From Candidatus Latescibacterota bacterium (lineage in GTDB: Bacteria > Latescibacterota > UBA2968 > UBA8231), in assembly GCA_965242865.1 (NCBI GenBank), contig CBDETK010000013.1, positions 1,472,001 to 1,536,000 of the forward strand: a stretch of DNA of 64,000 nucleotides, read 5' to 3'. Below the pieces are notes generated by a model. That model did no database searches. It saw only the letters and a program-made list of their open reading frames with translations, and was not told the origin of the DNA. A program made the translations under genes and the position numbers. Position 1 is the stretch's first letter; every line of letters starts with the position of its first letter. Shown here piece after piece: positions 9,212 through 17,263 of this stretch.

Positions 9212-9243
9212 GTAACCGCGGTTGAGACGATAAAACGAGCGCA

Positions 9244-9306
9244 CTACCCCTCTGTGTGAAGCGAATAATAGGGGTAGCGGCGATTGGGGCGTAAGGTCTG
9301 CATCAT
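9244..9306 (-). CDS. Tyr-rich attenuator leader peptide MMQTLRPNRRYPYYSLHTEG
   Basis: GGAG RBS at 9315-9312; codons TAC CCC TAT TAT overlap a 10-bp stem; precedes the terminator and tyrS. Confidence 0.75.
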   Translation of the reverse strand: MMQTLRPNRRYPYYSLHTEG

Positions 9307-9347
9307 TCATTCTCCGCGCAAAAATATAACCGCGCCCTCTATCTCCG

Positions 9348-10604
9348 TCAATCGCCCAGATAGCCTTGGGCGGCCCAGACTTTGCGGGCCAGCTTTTTCG
9401 CCTCGGCCGAAGGTTCGATTGCGCCCAAAAGGCTGCTCGGCGGCTGCCCTTGCTTTTTGCGCTCCGGGTCGGGCGACCAGTCGTCTTGGGCGTATTTTTG
9501 GCGCACGGACTCGCAACGGAAATCGGGCACCTCCATCGGTGCCGAGTCGTTTAGCACCGAACGCCACGCTTGGATCCCGGCGATGCTCATGTCGAGGCCG
9601 CGGTACACGTCGAGATAGGGCGGCTCGCCGGTGCGGATGGCCTCGGCAAAGTGGTAGCTGGTGAAAAAGTCGCCGCCGCCGTGGCCGGTGCGTGTGGCTT
9701 CGGCGTGATGCACGGGGAAGTCGGGCTTGTATACCATTTCGACCGGATCGCGCTGGCGCTTTTCCCACGGCTCGTACCACACGCGCAGCCGCTGTTTGTC
9801 GCCATGGCGGCAGTTTTCCATCACCCCCTTGTTGCCGTGGATGCGGACGTAGTTGCCGTGGCCGCGCAGCGCGCCGTGCAGCGACTTCACCACCGCGTCG
9901 TTGTCCATCCGGCAGATGATCACCGCGGCCGTGTCGCTGCGGTTCACGTGCAGCGTTTGGGTGGGGTCGGCGAAATCATAGGGGACGACAAAGCCGTTGA
10001 CTTTTACGGGCCGGGTATCGGTGATGTACAGGACCGGGGCGATGGAATGGGTGCAGTAGTACGTGGCGGGAATCCAGTTGCGCCAGTGATCGCGCCCGCA
10101 GCTGCGCGCCAGTTTCACTTCCGGCGGATCGGGATGGACGTACTCGCCCTCGCCGTATTTGAACTCGCCGACGCGCCCCTGTTGGTAGAGCCGCTTCATC
10201 TCCTGATTGAAGACCATGTAGGGGTAGTTCTCGGCGAACATGTACATTTTGCCGCTTTGCTCGACTGCTCGCGCCAGTGCCGCGCCTTCGCCCAAGGTGT
10301 GGCAGGCCGCGGTTTCGCTCATTACGTGTTTGCCGGCGTTGAGTGCTTGGATAGCGAACGGGGCGTGCTGGTGGAAGTAGTTGGCGAGCACGACCGCGTC
10401 CAGATCGCAGCCGAGAAATTCGTCGTACTCCACGAAGGTCGGCACGTTGAGGGCCTTGCCCTCTGCCCCGAGGCGCTCTTCCCACATGTCGCAAATGGCG
10501 ACGAGTTCCATGCCGGTCGCAGCGGCCGCCCGCATAAAGGAGCGACCGCGACCAACGCCGACTACGCCGACTCGGATGGGACGTGGTTTGCCGCGTTTTT
10601 TCAT
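9348..10604 (-). CDS. Gfo/Idh/MocA family oxidoreductase
   Basis: VGVVGVGRG Rossmann motif, HAPFAIQALNAGKHVMSE, AENY, GHGGGD. Confidence 0.9.
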   Translation of the reverse strand: MKKRGKPRPIRVGVVGVGRGRSFMRAAAATGMELVAICDMWEERLGAEGKALNVPTFVEYDEFLGCDLDAVVLANYFHQHAPFAIQALNAGKHVMSETAACHTLGEGAALARAVEQSGKMYMFAENYPYMVFNQEMKRLYQQGRVGEFKYGEGEYVHPDPPEVKLARSCGRDHWRNWIPATYYCTHSIAPVLYITDTRPVKVNGFVVPYDFADPTQTLHVNRSDTAAVIICRMDNDAVVKSLHGALRGHGNYVRIHGNKGVMENCRHGDKQRLRVWYEPWEKRQRDPVEMVYKPDFPVHHAEATRTGHGGGDFFTSYHFAEAIRTGEPPYLDVYRGLDMSIAGIQAWRSVLNDSAPMEVPDFRCESVRQKYAQDDWSPDPERKKQGQPPSSLLGAIEPSAEAKKLARKVWAAQGYLGD

Positions 10605-10646
10605 GGTTTAAGCCTTTGTCTAAGTGCCGCTATCCCAGCACTTACT

Positions 10647-11315
10647 TTAGGTGTTTTCAACGGTTTCTATAGCGATCTCACCAGTCCGAGAGTCGAGCGT
10701 AATTTTTACCAAGTCCTGATATTCCGGATCACGGATCGCGGACCGCTTGAAAACGGGTACGTTGGAACCATTCTCCCGGCGTGCGGAAGGAACGACTAAA
10801 CCGTCCAATTCCAACCGAACTGCTTCCGCACCAATCCGATTACAGAACGTGTAATCACTATCGTGTACCAGTTCCGGCCACTCGCTCAGTTTGTCTCGGA
10901 GGTCTTTTTCTTTGCCTTCAAACAAACAGGTAAAACACCGATAATAGGCACTGCGTTGACCTTGGGGGCGACCTCCAAAACCCTTTTTGAACCCATGCGC
11001 GACCTCTGCCTCGGCAGTCGCGGGGTCAAGGGCACTATAAAAGACGGGATAGGATCCATCTGAGTACCTCGTCGTGTGCCCTAGGTGGCGTTTCGGACGA
11101 AATGGCGCATCCCAGCGTTCTTCAGTAGCTACGAGTAGCTCGCTCAGTTCCTGTTCACTAAGATCATCCAATTCTAGTTCGGCAAGGAGTTCGTCGTACT
11201 CAAGCAAGCTGGCCAATCGGTATATCCGCCAGCGGCGGCGGACGGTAGGAATCTCGTTGAGCAGGTCGTCAACCGATTGGCGGGACTTGGGCGCGTCATC
11301 GTCCTGCGGCCGCAT
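10647..11315 (-). CDS. RES-domain protein (NAD-consuming toxin family)
   Basis: TRYSDGSYPVFYSALDPATAEAE...DY...G...DGLVVPSAR..GSN (R, E, S residues). Confidence 0.85.
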   Translation of the reverse strand: MRPQDDDAPKSRQSVDDLLNEIPTVRRRWRIYRLASLLEYDELLAELELDDLSEQELSELLVATEERWDAPFRPKRHLGHTTRYSDGSYPVFYSALDPATAEAEVAHGFKKGFGGRPQGQRSAYYRCFTCLFEGKEKDLRDKLSEWPELVHDSDYTFCNRIGAEAVRLELDGLVVPSARRENGSNVPVFKRSAIRDPEYQDLVKITLDSRTGEIAIETVENT

Positions 11316-11919
11316 CCACGTACTCCTTCACCAAAAGAAGGTCTTCCATGGAGCCGCCCAACAGCAACTCCAACGGCTCTCGTTCATCTAGCAAGGTGTG
11401 CGGTTCGCGCAGCCATTCGTTTTCGACATCCAAATCGCGAAAGAGCGAGGACAGCGTCGCCCTGATATGAAAAAGGTGGGCAATTCTATCGCGAACATCC
11501 CGGCCGTGTAGGTTGACAGTTCCTGCCAAAATAGTTCGCACGAAACCTTTGGCCGCCGCATCGAATCCCAGCAGGAAGACTGCGTCATCTTCGCTCAAAC
11601 GCCAACTCTCAAGCAATTTTAAGACAAACTGAACTGGCCCGCTGATCCGTTTCGGCGCAAAGGCAAGCGATCGCCAATTCCCAACGTCGGGACCGATATC
11701 TGGAGAGAGAACTGCGGTAAGTCCGGACTGCAACTGATAAGGGGACGAACCGCTGGCGGAGGATGGAAAGGTAAGTTTCGGATTCCGCCTATAGCGGCGG
11801 AGCGCATGTGAATCGGCACCGACATCGGACGGCCCATCATAGCCGGAGTTCGACTTCAAGAGGGAGTCATTAGCACCTCCTCCAAGAGCCGGTCCTAATA
11901 GTTCTGTTGCAGTCGTCAT
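11296..11919 (-). CDS. Xre/MbcA/ParS-like antitoxin with a long low-complexity N-terminal extension
   Basis: C-terminal DR..HLF.I...L..LF....ENEWLREPH..L....PLELL..GSMEDLLLV.EY; overlaps the RES gene. Confidence 0.8.
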   Translation of the reverse strand: MTTATELLGPALGGGANDSLLKSNSGYDGPSDVGADSHALRRYRRNPKLTFPSSASGSSPYQLQSGLTAVLSPDIGPDVGNWRSLAFAPKRISGPVQFVLKLLESWRLSEDDAVFLLGFDAAAKGFVRTILAGTVNLHGRDVRDRIAHLFHIRATLSSLFRDLDVENEWLREPHTLLDEREPLELLLGGSMEDLLLVKEYVDAAAGR

Positions 11920-12590
11920 GTTAATTCCACCTGAATCCGCGATAGTATCCCGCCTATCAGGCGATACTGTGCATCAATGTGATCGCGGACCGATTGTTGA
12001 CTGCCAACATGAAGGCTTTGGCAGAATATTGAAAATTCTTCTTGCTCGGCGGTCACCTTGATCGACGATCTCCATCGATCCACCAAATTGCCGATATCAA
12101 TGGCGACGACCGGATGCTCCTCCGTTGCCCCAAACTGAGACGGATCTACGCGGACATTTGCGGCGGCAATTCTTCCGAGGTGTTCGGCGGCGTTGCCTTC
12201 TCCACTCAGTTTGAGAAAGATACTGATCGTCTCATTGAGCATGGCTACATCGGTACAGGTCTCGTTCAGGGCCACCGCGATCAGGTCAATACATTCCTTG
12301 CAAATCTCGACATCGTTCTCATTCAAGTTGGAAAAGTCTATAGCCAACCGCATCGGTGTTAGATGGACCGATGCGTTGCCGCTAAACATCTTAATCCGTA
12401 GCCCGGTGTCCGATTGCATCCCATCTGTCGAAACATACATGTCGTCCGCGTTCAAGGCGTGTGGATAAAGATCCCGGACGCCCGCGTAAATACGTGCTTG
12501 AAGTTTGGGTGCTTGGGGTATCACATCGAACAACGGAACGTCGAAGTCGGCCTGATAGCCGATGTCCATCCCAGCAAATGACGCTTTCAT
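11916..12590 (-). CDS. Hypothetical protein, first gene of the RES/antitoxin operon
   Basis: 224-aa ORF with a 4-bp overlap with the antitoxin start; lower GC like its neighbours. Confidence 0.7.
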   Translation of the reverse strand: MKASFAGMDIGYQADFDVPLFDVIPQAPKLQARIYAGVRDLYPHALNADDMYVSTDGMQSDTGLRIKMFSGNASVHLTPMRLAIDFSNLNENDVEICKECIDLIAVALNETCTDVAMLNETISIFLKLSGEGNAAEHLGRIAAANVRVDPSQFGATEEHPVVAIDIGNLVDRWRSSIKVTAEQEEFSIFCQSLHVGSQQSVRDHIDAQYRLIGGILSRIQVELT

Positions 12591-12738
12591 TCTATTTCCT
12601 TGGCTTCAGTGCTCGCCCGTCAAGGCGGTTCTACGATACCACATTCCGTCTCTCCGGTTTTCTATTTATATCGTTGTCGGTGCGCTGTCAACCTACCCCG
12701 ACCAGCTAACGTCTAGGCGGCGATGATCCACGCGGCAC

Positions 12739-14082
12739 TCAAAACGTCGAAGGTTTGGGCGTTGCCGGCGGCCAGTAGCCCTCGGGGTTTTCGTCCCATG
12801 CCGCGCCGCACATCCGCGAGATGACCGCCCATTCGGCCGCGGTCAGGTGGGCGTGGTTGTGGAAGAGGAAGCGTTGCAGCCCGGCTGCTTCCGACGCTTG
12901 GAGAATGCGGTAGAGGTCGCCGGCGGTCATGGGGTCGCCGCCGTGGGGTATGCGCCCGGTATCGACCCAAGGGACGATCTTTTGCGGATCGCCGACTGCG
13001 GCAATGGCGCGGCGCGTCTCTTCCTGTACCACCTCGTTGAAAAACGCCGGCGGAAATCCCAACTCCAAGTCGGCGAGGCACTCCACCTCGGGCAAGCGGA
13101 CGCCGAGCCAAGCGCGGACGATGGTCCAGCACTGGGCCTCGCTCAACGCTGGATTCCATTCCCAAATCTGCCGCACCCAACGGGCGACTGTGCCGTACAG
13201 GCCGTCAAAGCCGCGATGCCAGAAGTAGTGCTTGACCAAGAGCAAATCCACGATTTGACCCCAAGCGCAAAAGTCGAGCGCGGTCATGCCGGAAAACACG
13301 GCCGAGCGCGGGCCGTTGCCCAAAAGCAGGGGGCGCGGCAACTCGTCGAGGGCTTGGCGGAAGGCGCGTCCTTGGCGGATGCCGTCTTCGCGTCGCCAGC
13401 GCAGCCAGTAGAGCGCGTCCTCGTTGATGTCGAAGAGGTTCATCTCCGCGAGCACGCCGTAAGTGCCGTAGTAATCCACTTCGGCCGGCGTGAAGGACTG
13501 AAAGCGCCGGTGCAAATGCTGGCGGCCCCGATCGAGCCGCGCCGCGTCGTAGCCCCTAGCGGTCGCCTCTTGGTGCTGGCGGTCGCTGAGCGGGCGGAAG
13601 ACCGCATTGCCGTGGTGGTACGTCAGCTCGTAGGCCGACTCAGTCCAGCCATCGACAATGCCGCCGTCGGCTTCCGGGAACGCCGCGAAGATGTCCTCCC
13701 AAGCCGCCGCATGCAGCTGGGTGCCGTAGGGATCCTCGGCTAACGGCAGCCCCTCGGCGGCAATGGTGCCAGAGGCCGGCGCGAAGATCATCAGGGTCCA
13801 GCCGCGATCTTTGGCGTTGGCCAGCATGGCGTGTAGCCGCTTTTCTTTGGCAGGTTGCAGGGGCACATCGCGCAGTTGGGCGGGGAGGCCGCGCTTTTGG
13901 TAGGGGGCGAGATCGCCCTTGAACGCCGGGATGGTGCATTGGCCCTGCTCGTCGGCAAACAGCAGGCGGCCAAAGACTAAGCCGCGAATGCCGCCTCGTT
14001 CCCAAGCGTCGAAGATGCGCTCGTAGTCGGACAGGACCGCCTCTAAAGGCTGGCCAATGCGAATCCAAGGGGTCAGAGCCAT
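12739..14082 (-). CDS. Hypothetical protein, possible TIM-barrel glycoside hydrolase-like fold
   Basis: Likely start MALTPWIRIG at 14082, just downstream of the enolase-superfamily gene; fold is a guess. Confidence 0.6.
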   Translation of the reverse strand: MALTPWIRIGQPLEAVLSDYERIFDAWERGGIRGLVFGRLLFADEQGQCTIPAFKGDLAPYQKRGLPAQLRDVPLQPAKEKRLHAMLANAKDRGWTLMIFAPASGTIAAEGLPLAEDPYGTQLHAAAWEDIFAAFPEADGGIVDGWTESAYELTYHHGNAVFRPLSDRQHQEATARGYDAARLDRGRQHLHRRFQSFTPAEVDYYGTYGVLAEMNLFDINEDALYWLRWRREDGIRQGRAFRQALDELPRPLLLGNGPRSAVFSGMTALDFCAWGQIVDLLLVKHYFWHRGFDGLYGTVARWVRQIWEWNPALSEAQCWTIVRAWLGVRLPEVECLADLELGFPPAFFNEVVQEETRRAIAAVGDPQKIVPWVDTGRIPHGGDPMTAGDLYRILQASEAAGLQRFLFHNHAHLTAAEWAVISRMCGAAWDENPEGYWPPATPKPSTF

Positions 14083-14098
14083 GGCTGGGTCGCGCTCC

Positions 14099-15211
14099 CT
14101 AAGAGACGACAATGGAGTGAATTGTAGCCGTGGCCATGGCCTCCCAGTCCACCGCGAGGCCGAGACCCGGCCCGGTGGGCGCATAGACATAGCCGTCGGG
14201 TTGGGCGCGGATGACGTCTTGCATCCCGTATTCGTAGGGTTCGCAGGGAACCGACTGCTCAAAATAGGAGCAGCTATCGTGGGCTAGCATCAGGTGCAGG
14301 TTGGCGGCCGCCACCAAGCTGTAGCCCCACGACATGATCTCGCATTTCACGCCGGCCGCTTCGGCCAGCGCGACCGCTTTGTTGGCTTGGGTTATCCCGC
14401 CCATCATGGCCGCATCGGTCCGGGCGCGTCCCCACGCCTTTGAATGAAGGGCCGCGGCAAAGGTGTGGAGGTCTTGGAACCAGTTGCCGGACGGCAGGAT
14501 GGGAATGCGTACTCGGCTCGTCAGCGTGCGATAGCCATCGAGGTCCGAGTCGTGCAGGGGCGCTTCAAACCACGTAAAGCCCATCGCGTCGAGTTGTTGG
14601 GCGACGCGCAGGGCCCCGTCGCGGTCGTAGTTGTTTTCGGCGTCGAGCATGAAGGCGATGTCGTCGCCGGGGTACTGCTTGCGGACGGCGCGGGCGAGTT
14701 CGAGGTCCAGCTCGGGGATGCACCAAGTGTGGAACTTAATGGCCTTGAAGCCTTGGGCGATAAATTCCTCGGCGTTCTTCAGATAGGACTCGACATCGTC
14801 AAAAAGCGGGGTGCTGGCGTAGGCGGGGATTTTGTCGCGCGCTCCGCCCAACAGCCGGTAGAGCGGCAGCCCGGCCGCCTTGCCGGCCAGATCCCACAGG
14901 GCGGTGTCGAGGGCCGCCAGCGACTGGGGCGGCAGCGGAAAGACGCGCGGCCTGAGCTCGCGCCATAGCTGCTCCCGCAAGAGCGGGTCCTTGCCCAGCA
15001 GAATGGGGGCTAGGTGGCGGATGGCCTCGGCGGTATAGCGCTCGAAGTCAAAGGAGGTCGCATTCCAGACGCCCGCGACGCCTTCAAGGCCCGCGTCCGT
15101 GTAGATGCGGACGACCGTGTTGGTCGAGTATTGGTCTGGCAGGTCGTCCGACCAAGTGAAGCGATCGACCGGCGGGGCCACAGTGCGTATTTCGACTTTG
15201 GTGATGTGCAT
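14099..15211 (-). CDS. Mandelate racemase/muconate lactonizing enzyme family protein
   Basis: ALWDLAGKAAGLPLYRLLGG, KAIKFH, MLDA, WFEAPL, PTGPGLG. Confidence 0.92.
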   Translation of the reverse strand: MHITKVEIRTVAPPVDRFTWSDDLPDQYSTNTVVRIYTDAGLEGVAGVWNATSFDFERYTAEAIRHLAPILLGKDPLLREQLWRELRPRVFPLPPQSLAALDTALWDLAGKAAGLPLYRLLGGARDKIPAYASTPLFDDVESYLKNAEEFIAQGFKAIKFHTWCIPELDLELARAVRKQYPGDDIAFMLDAENNYDRDGALRVAQQLDAMGFTWFEAPLHDSDLDGYRTLTSRVRIPILPSGNWFQDLHTFAAALHSKAWGRARTDAAMMGGITQANKAVALAEAAGVKCEIMSWGYSLVAAANLHLMLAHDSCSYFEQSVPCEPYEYGMQDVIRAQPDGYVYAPTGPGLGLAVDWEAMATATIHSIVVS

Positions 15212-15252
15212 GGAATCCCTTTCGTTGAACAGACGACTGGATTGAAGCCAGC

Positions 15253-16809
15253 CTACGCGCTCTTTTGCACCAATCCCACCTCATCGGTCCACAAGCGCAA
15301 AATCCGTGCGGACTCGCGCAACAGATGCACGTAGAGCGAGCCGGCCCGGCGTCTCTTCTCCAGCCGCTCCCGCTGGTTGAGTGCCATGTTGAACTTGCCG
15401 CGCACTTGGGTGACGGCGCGCTGGCGGTTGTCAACCGCGATGGTGAGGACGCGCTTTTCGAGGGCCTCTTCGGCGTCGGCGTTGAGTGCCCGCAACGACC
15501 AAATCGAGGTGTCGCCAGCCAAGCAGCGATCGGTGTACGAAAAGACGCAGTGGCCCATGATGCGGCCCTCGGCTTGGAGCTGCTGCGAGGTGCAGAGCTC
15601 GCCGATGGTCCAGACGAGGTTGCACTGGAGCTGGGCGTCGTATTCCTCGCGGCAAAACCCAGCCAACCCCGTAGCCGCCCACGTCTTGAGCGGCACATCC
15701 TCTGCGCCCGACAACATCTCGTGCCACTCATCCACTTGGTTGAGCAACTTGGCGGCGCTGCGGCCCTTCATGCAGAAGTTGGGCTGCGGCGGCGGCCCTT
15801 CGATTTGGGTCCCGTCGGGCTGGGCGATCGGCTGGGGCCGGTACTTTTGGTGGCGGATGTAATCGTAGATCGGCAGAAAGTAGCTGCGGTGGAGCATGGG
15901 GTAGTTGTTGACATAGAAGTGGACGACCGAGACCCAGAAGTCCTCGTTTTCCAGCGAGTCCCCCAGCGGCGTCGCGGCCACGTACCAAGAGACGTGGGAA
16001 TCGCCGCCGAGTGCCTCCACTTGGGCCATGCGTAGGGCTTGGAGCAGGGTGTGATGCGGATGATTGTTCTGCATGAAGAGGTGCGCCATGCGCTTGGTGA
16101 CCTTCATCTGCACCCCGGCGGTGCGGAGGTTTTGGCCACCGGCCACGTGCTTGAACCACGCCTGCTGCTGATAGGCGGCGGCCGTATGCCCTTGGAACCA
16201 AGCGGTGTCCATGGACGCGGGGACGTCGTAGCGGGCGAGCAAGTGCCGCACCAGCGACCGGAACTGCGGCCGCTCCTTAGCCGTGTCGGGCCGCCAAGTC
16301 TCCACCGGTCGCAGCCAGTCGCGGTGGTGCCGTGCAAGCTGGCCGAGGGCGGCGATATAGGTGTTGGCGCGGTTGGCCCCGAGCCGCTTGAGCACGGGCA
16401 TGGGCCGCAGCAAGTGGCCGTATTGTTCGACGTGCAACACCAGCCGCCCGAGGGCCTTTTGCGCGGTCGGGTCGCTGGCCAGCGCGTTGCGTTCGACGCG
16501 CAGCCGCGAGAGCAGGTCGTTGAGCTTTTCGCCGGCCAACTCGCCGTTGAATAGCCGGCGGAGCAGGGCGGCGCGACGCGGGTCGTGCTCCTTGCTGGCC
16601 GCGGGATCGACCGCCGGCTGCAACGAAGCGAAAAGCCCGCGCTCTGCGGCCCGCTCTTGCGGCGTTTTGTCGAGGGCCGTGCTCAGCCCGTGCCGGTAGC
16701 ACCAGAGCTTGTACGCGGCGATGGTGCCGACGCCGAGCGCGGCAAAGTGCGCGGCGAGGACCTCGTCGACTTGGTTGGGAATTAGGAGGGTGTGTGCGGT
16801 GGTGGGCAT
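15253..16809 (-). CDS. PcfJ-like domain protein
   Basis: L..HLLARY.VP, F.MKGRS...LL..V.EWH, L.AEGR.M.HCV.SY...C..G..SIWSL...LTIAV....V.QVRGK.N. Confidence 0.75.
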   Translation of the reverse strand: MPTTAHTLLIPNQVDEVLAAHFAALGVGTIAAYKLWCYRHGLSTALDKTPQERAAERGLFASLQPAVDPAASKEHDPRRAALLRRLFNGELAGEKLNDLLSRLRVERNALASDPTAQKALGRLVLHVEQYGHLLRPMPVLKRLGANRANTYIAALGQLARHHRDWLRPVETWRPDTAKERPQFRSLVRHLLARYDVPASMDTAWFQGHTAAAYQQQAWFKHVAGGQNLRTAGVQMKVTKRMAHLFMQNNHPHHTLLQALRMAQVEALGGDSHVSWYVAATPLGDSLENEDFWVSVVHFYVNNYPMLHRSYFLPIYDYIRHQKYRPQPIAQPDGTQIEGPPPQPNFCMKGRSAAKLLNQVDEWHEMLSGAEDVPLKTWAATGLAGFCREEYDAQLQCNLVWTIGELCTSQQLQAEGRIMGHCVFSYTDRCLAGDTSIWSLRALNADAEEALEKRVLTIAVDNRQRAVTQVRGKFNMALNQRERLEKRRRAGSLYVHLLRESARILRLWTDEVGLVQKSA

Positions 16810-16979
16810 GTCCTGTGCTCGCTAATCGGCGTCGGTTAATGCTAAGGCCGGCGCTCAACAATGCCAAGCGGTTTCTCGCCCGGCCGTGCGGGGTTGGCCC
16901 ACCGGGAACAGGGCCTTGACGCCGAGGCGGCCATGGCCCGGTACGAACAAATCGCCGCGGCTGGAGAGCCATAATCGCT

Positions 16980-17008
16980 TTGCGCGTGTGCGGCGGAATG
17001 GCTATGCT
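16980..17008 (+). promoter_or_regulatory. Putative sigma70 promoter of tRNA-Val
   Basis: TTGCGC-N17-TATGCT ending 8 nt upstream of the tRNA. Confidence 0.55.
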
Positions 17009-17016
17009 TAGAGGAC

Positions 17017-17093
17017 GGGCGGTTAGCTCAGTTGGTCAGAGCGCCTGCCTTACAAGCAGGATGTCCCCAGTTCGAGTCTGGGATCGCCCACCA
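17017..17093 (+). tRNA. tRNA-Val(TAC)
   Basis: GGGCGGT acceptor stem, TAGCTCAGTTGGTCAGAGC D-arm, CCTGC-CTTACAA-GCAGG anticodon arm, GTTCGAG T-loop, CCA end. Confidence 0.97.
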
Positions 17094-17098
17094 TCACC

Positions 17099-17126
17099 AG
17101 CCCCTGAGCAATCAGGGGCTTTTTTT
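17099..17126 (+). terminator. Intrinsic terminator after tRNA-Val
   Basis: AGCCCCTGA-GCAA-TCAGGGGCT followed by a T-tract. Confidence 0.85.
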
Positions 17127-17170
17127 ATGGGCGACTTGTGTATCTCCTTACTACACGATCCCAGCGGTCA

Positions 17171-17225
17171 CCTTCCACGGATCGAGGGCATCTTGCCCTC
17201 GATCCCGGCGCAGCGGCAACACCAG
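17171..17225 (+). repeat. ~55-bp REP-like repeat (second copy at 55351-55405)
   Basis: ggatcgagggc[a/c]tcttgccctcg...gcagcggcaacaccag shared; palindromic core. Confidence 0.7.
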
Positions 17226-17263
17226 CAACGGAGGTATCCCCCTTGGCAAATTGGGCAAGAGCT

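Noticed and set aside
9166-9330. T-box riboswitch upstream of tyrS
   Set aside because: No UGGNACC T-box bulge or stem I motifs seen; a leader-peptide attenuator fits better.
9570-10799. Long antisense ORFs (also 34349-35617, 48927-50177, 59601-61130 and others)
   Set aside because: Shadow ORFs opposite well-supported genes in GC-rich DNA, with no recognisable motifs.
17017-17130. tRNA-Val as an island integration site
   Set aside because: No integrase and no duplicated tRNA 3' end noticed in the window.
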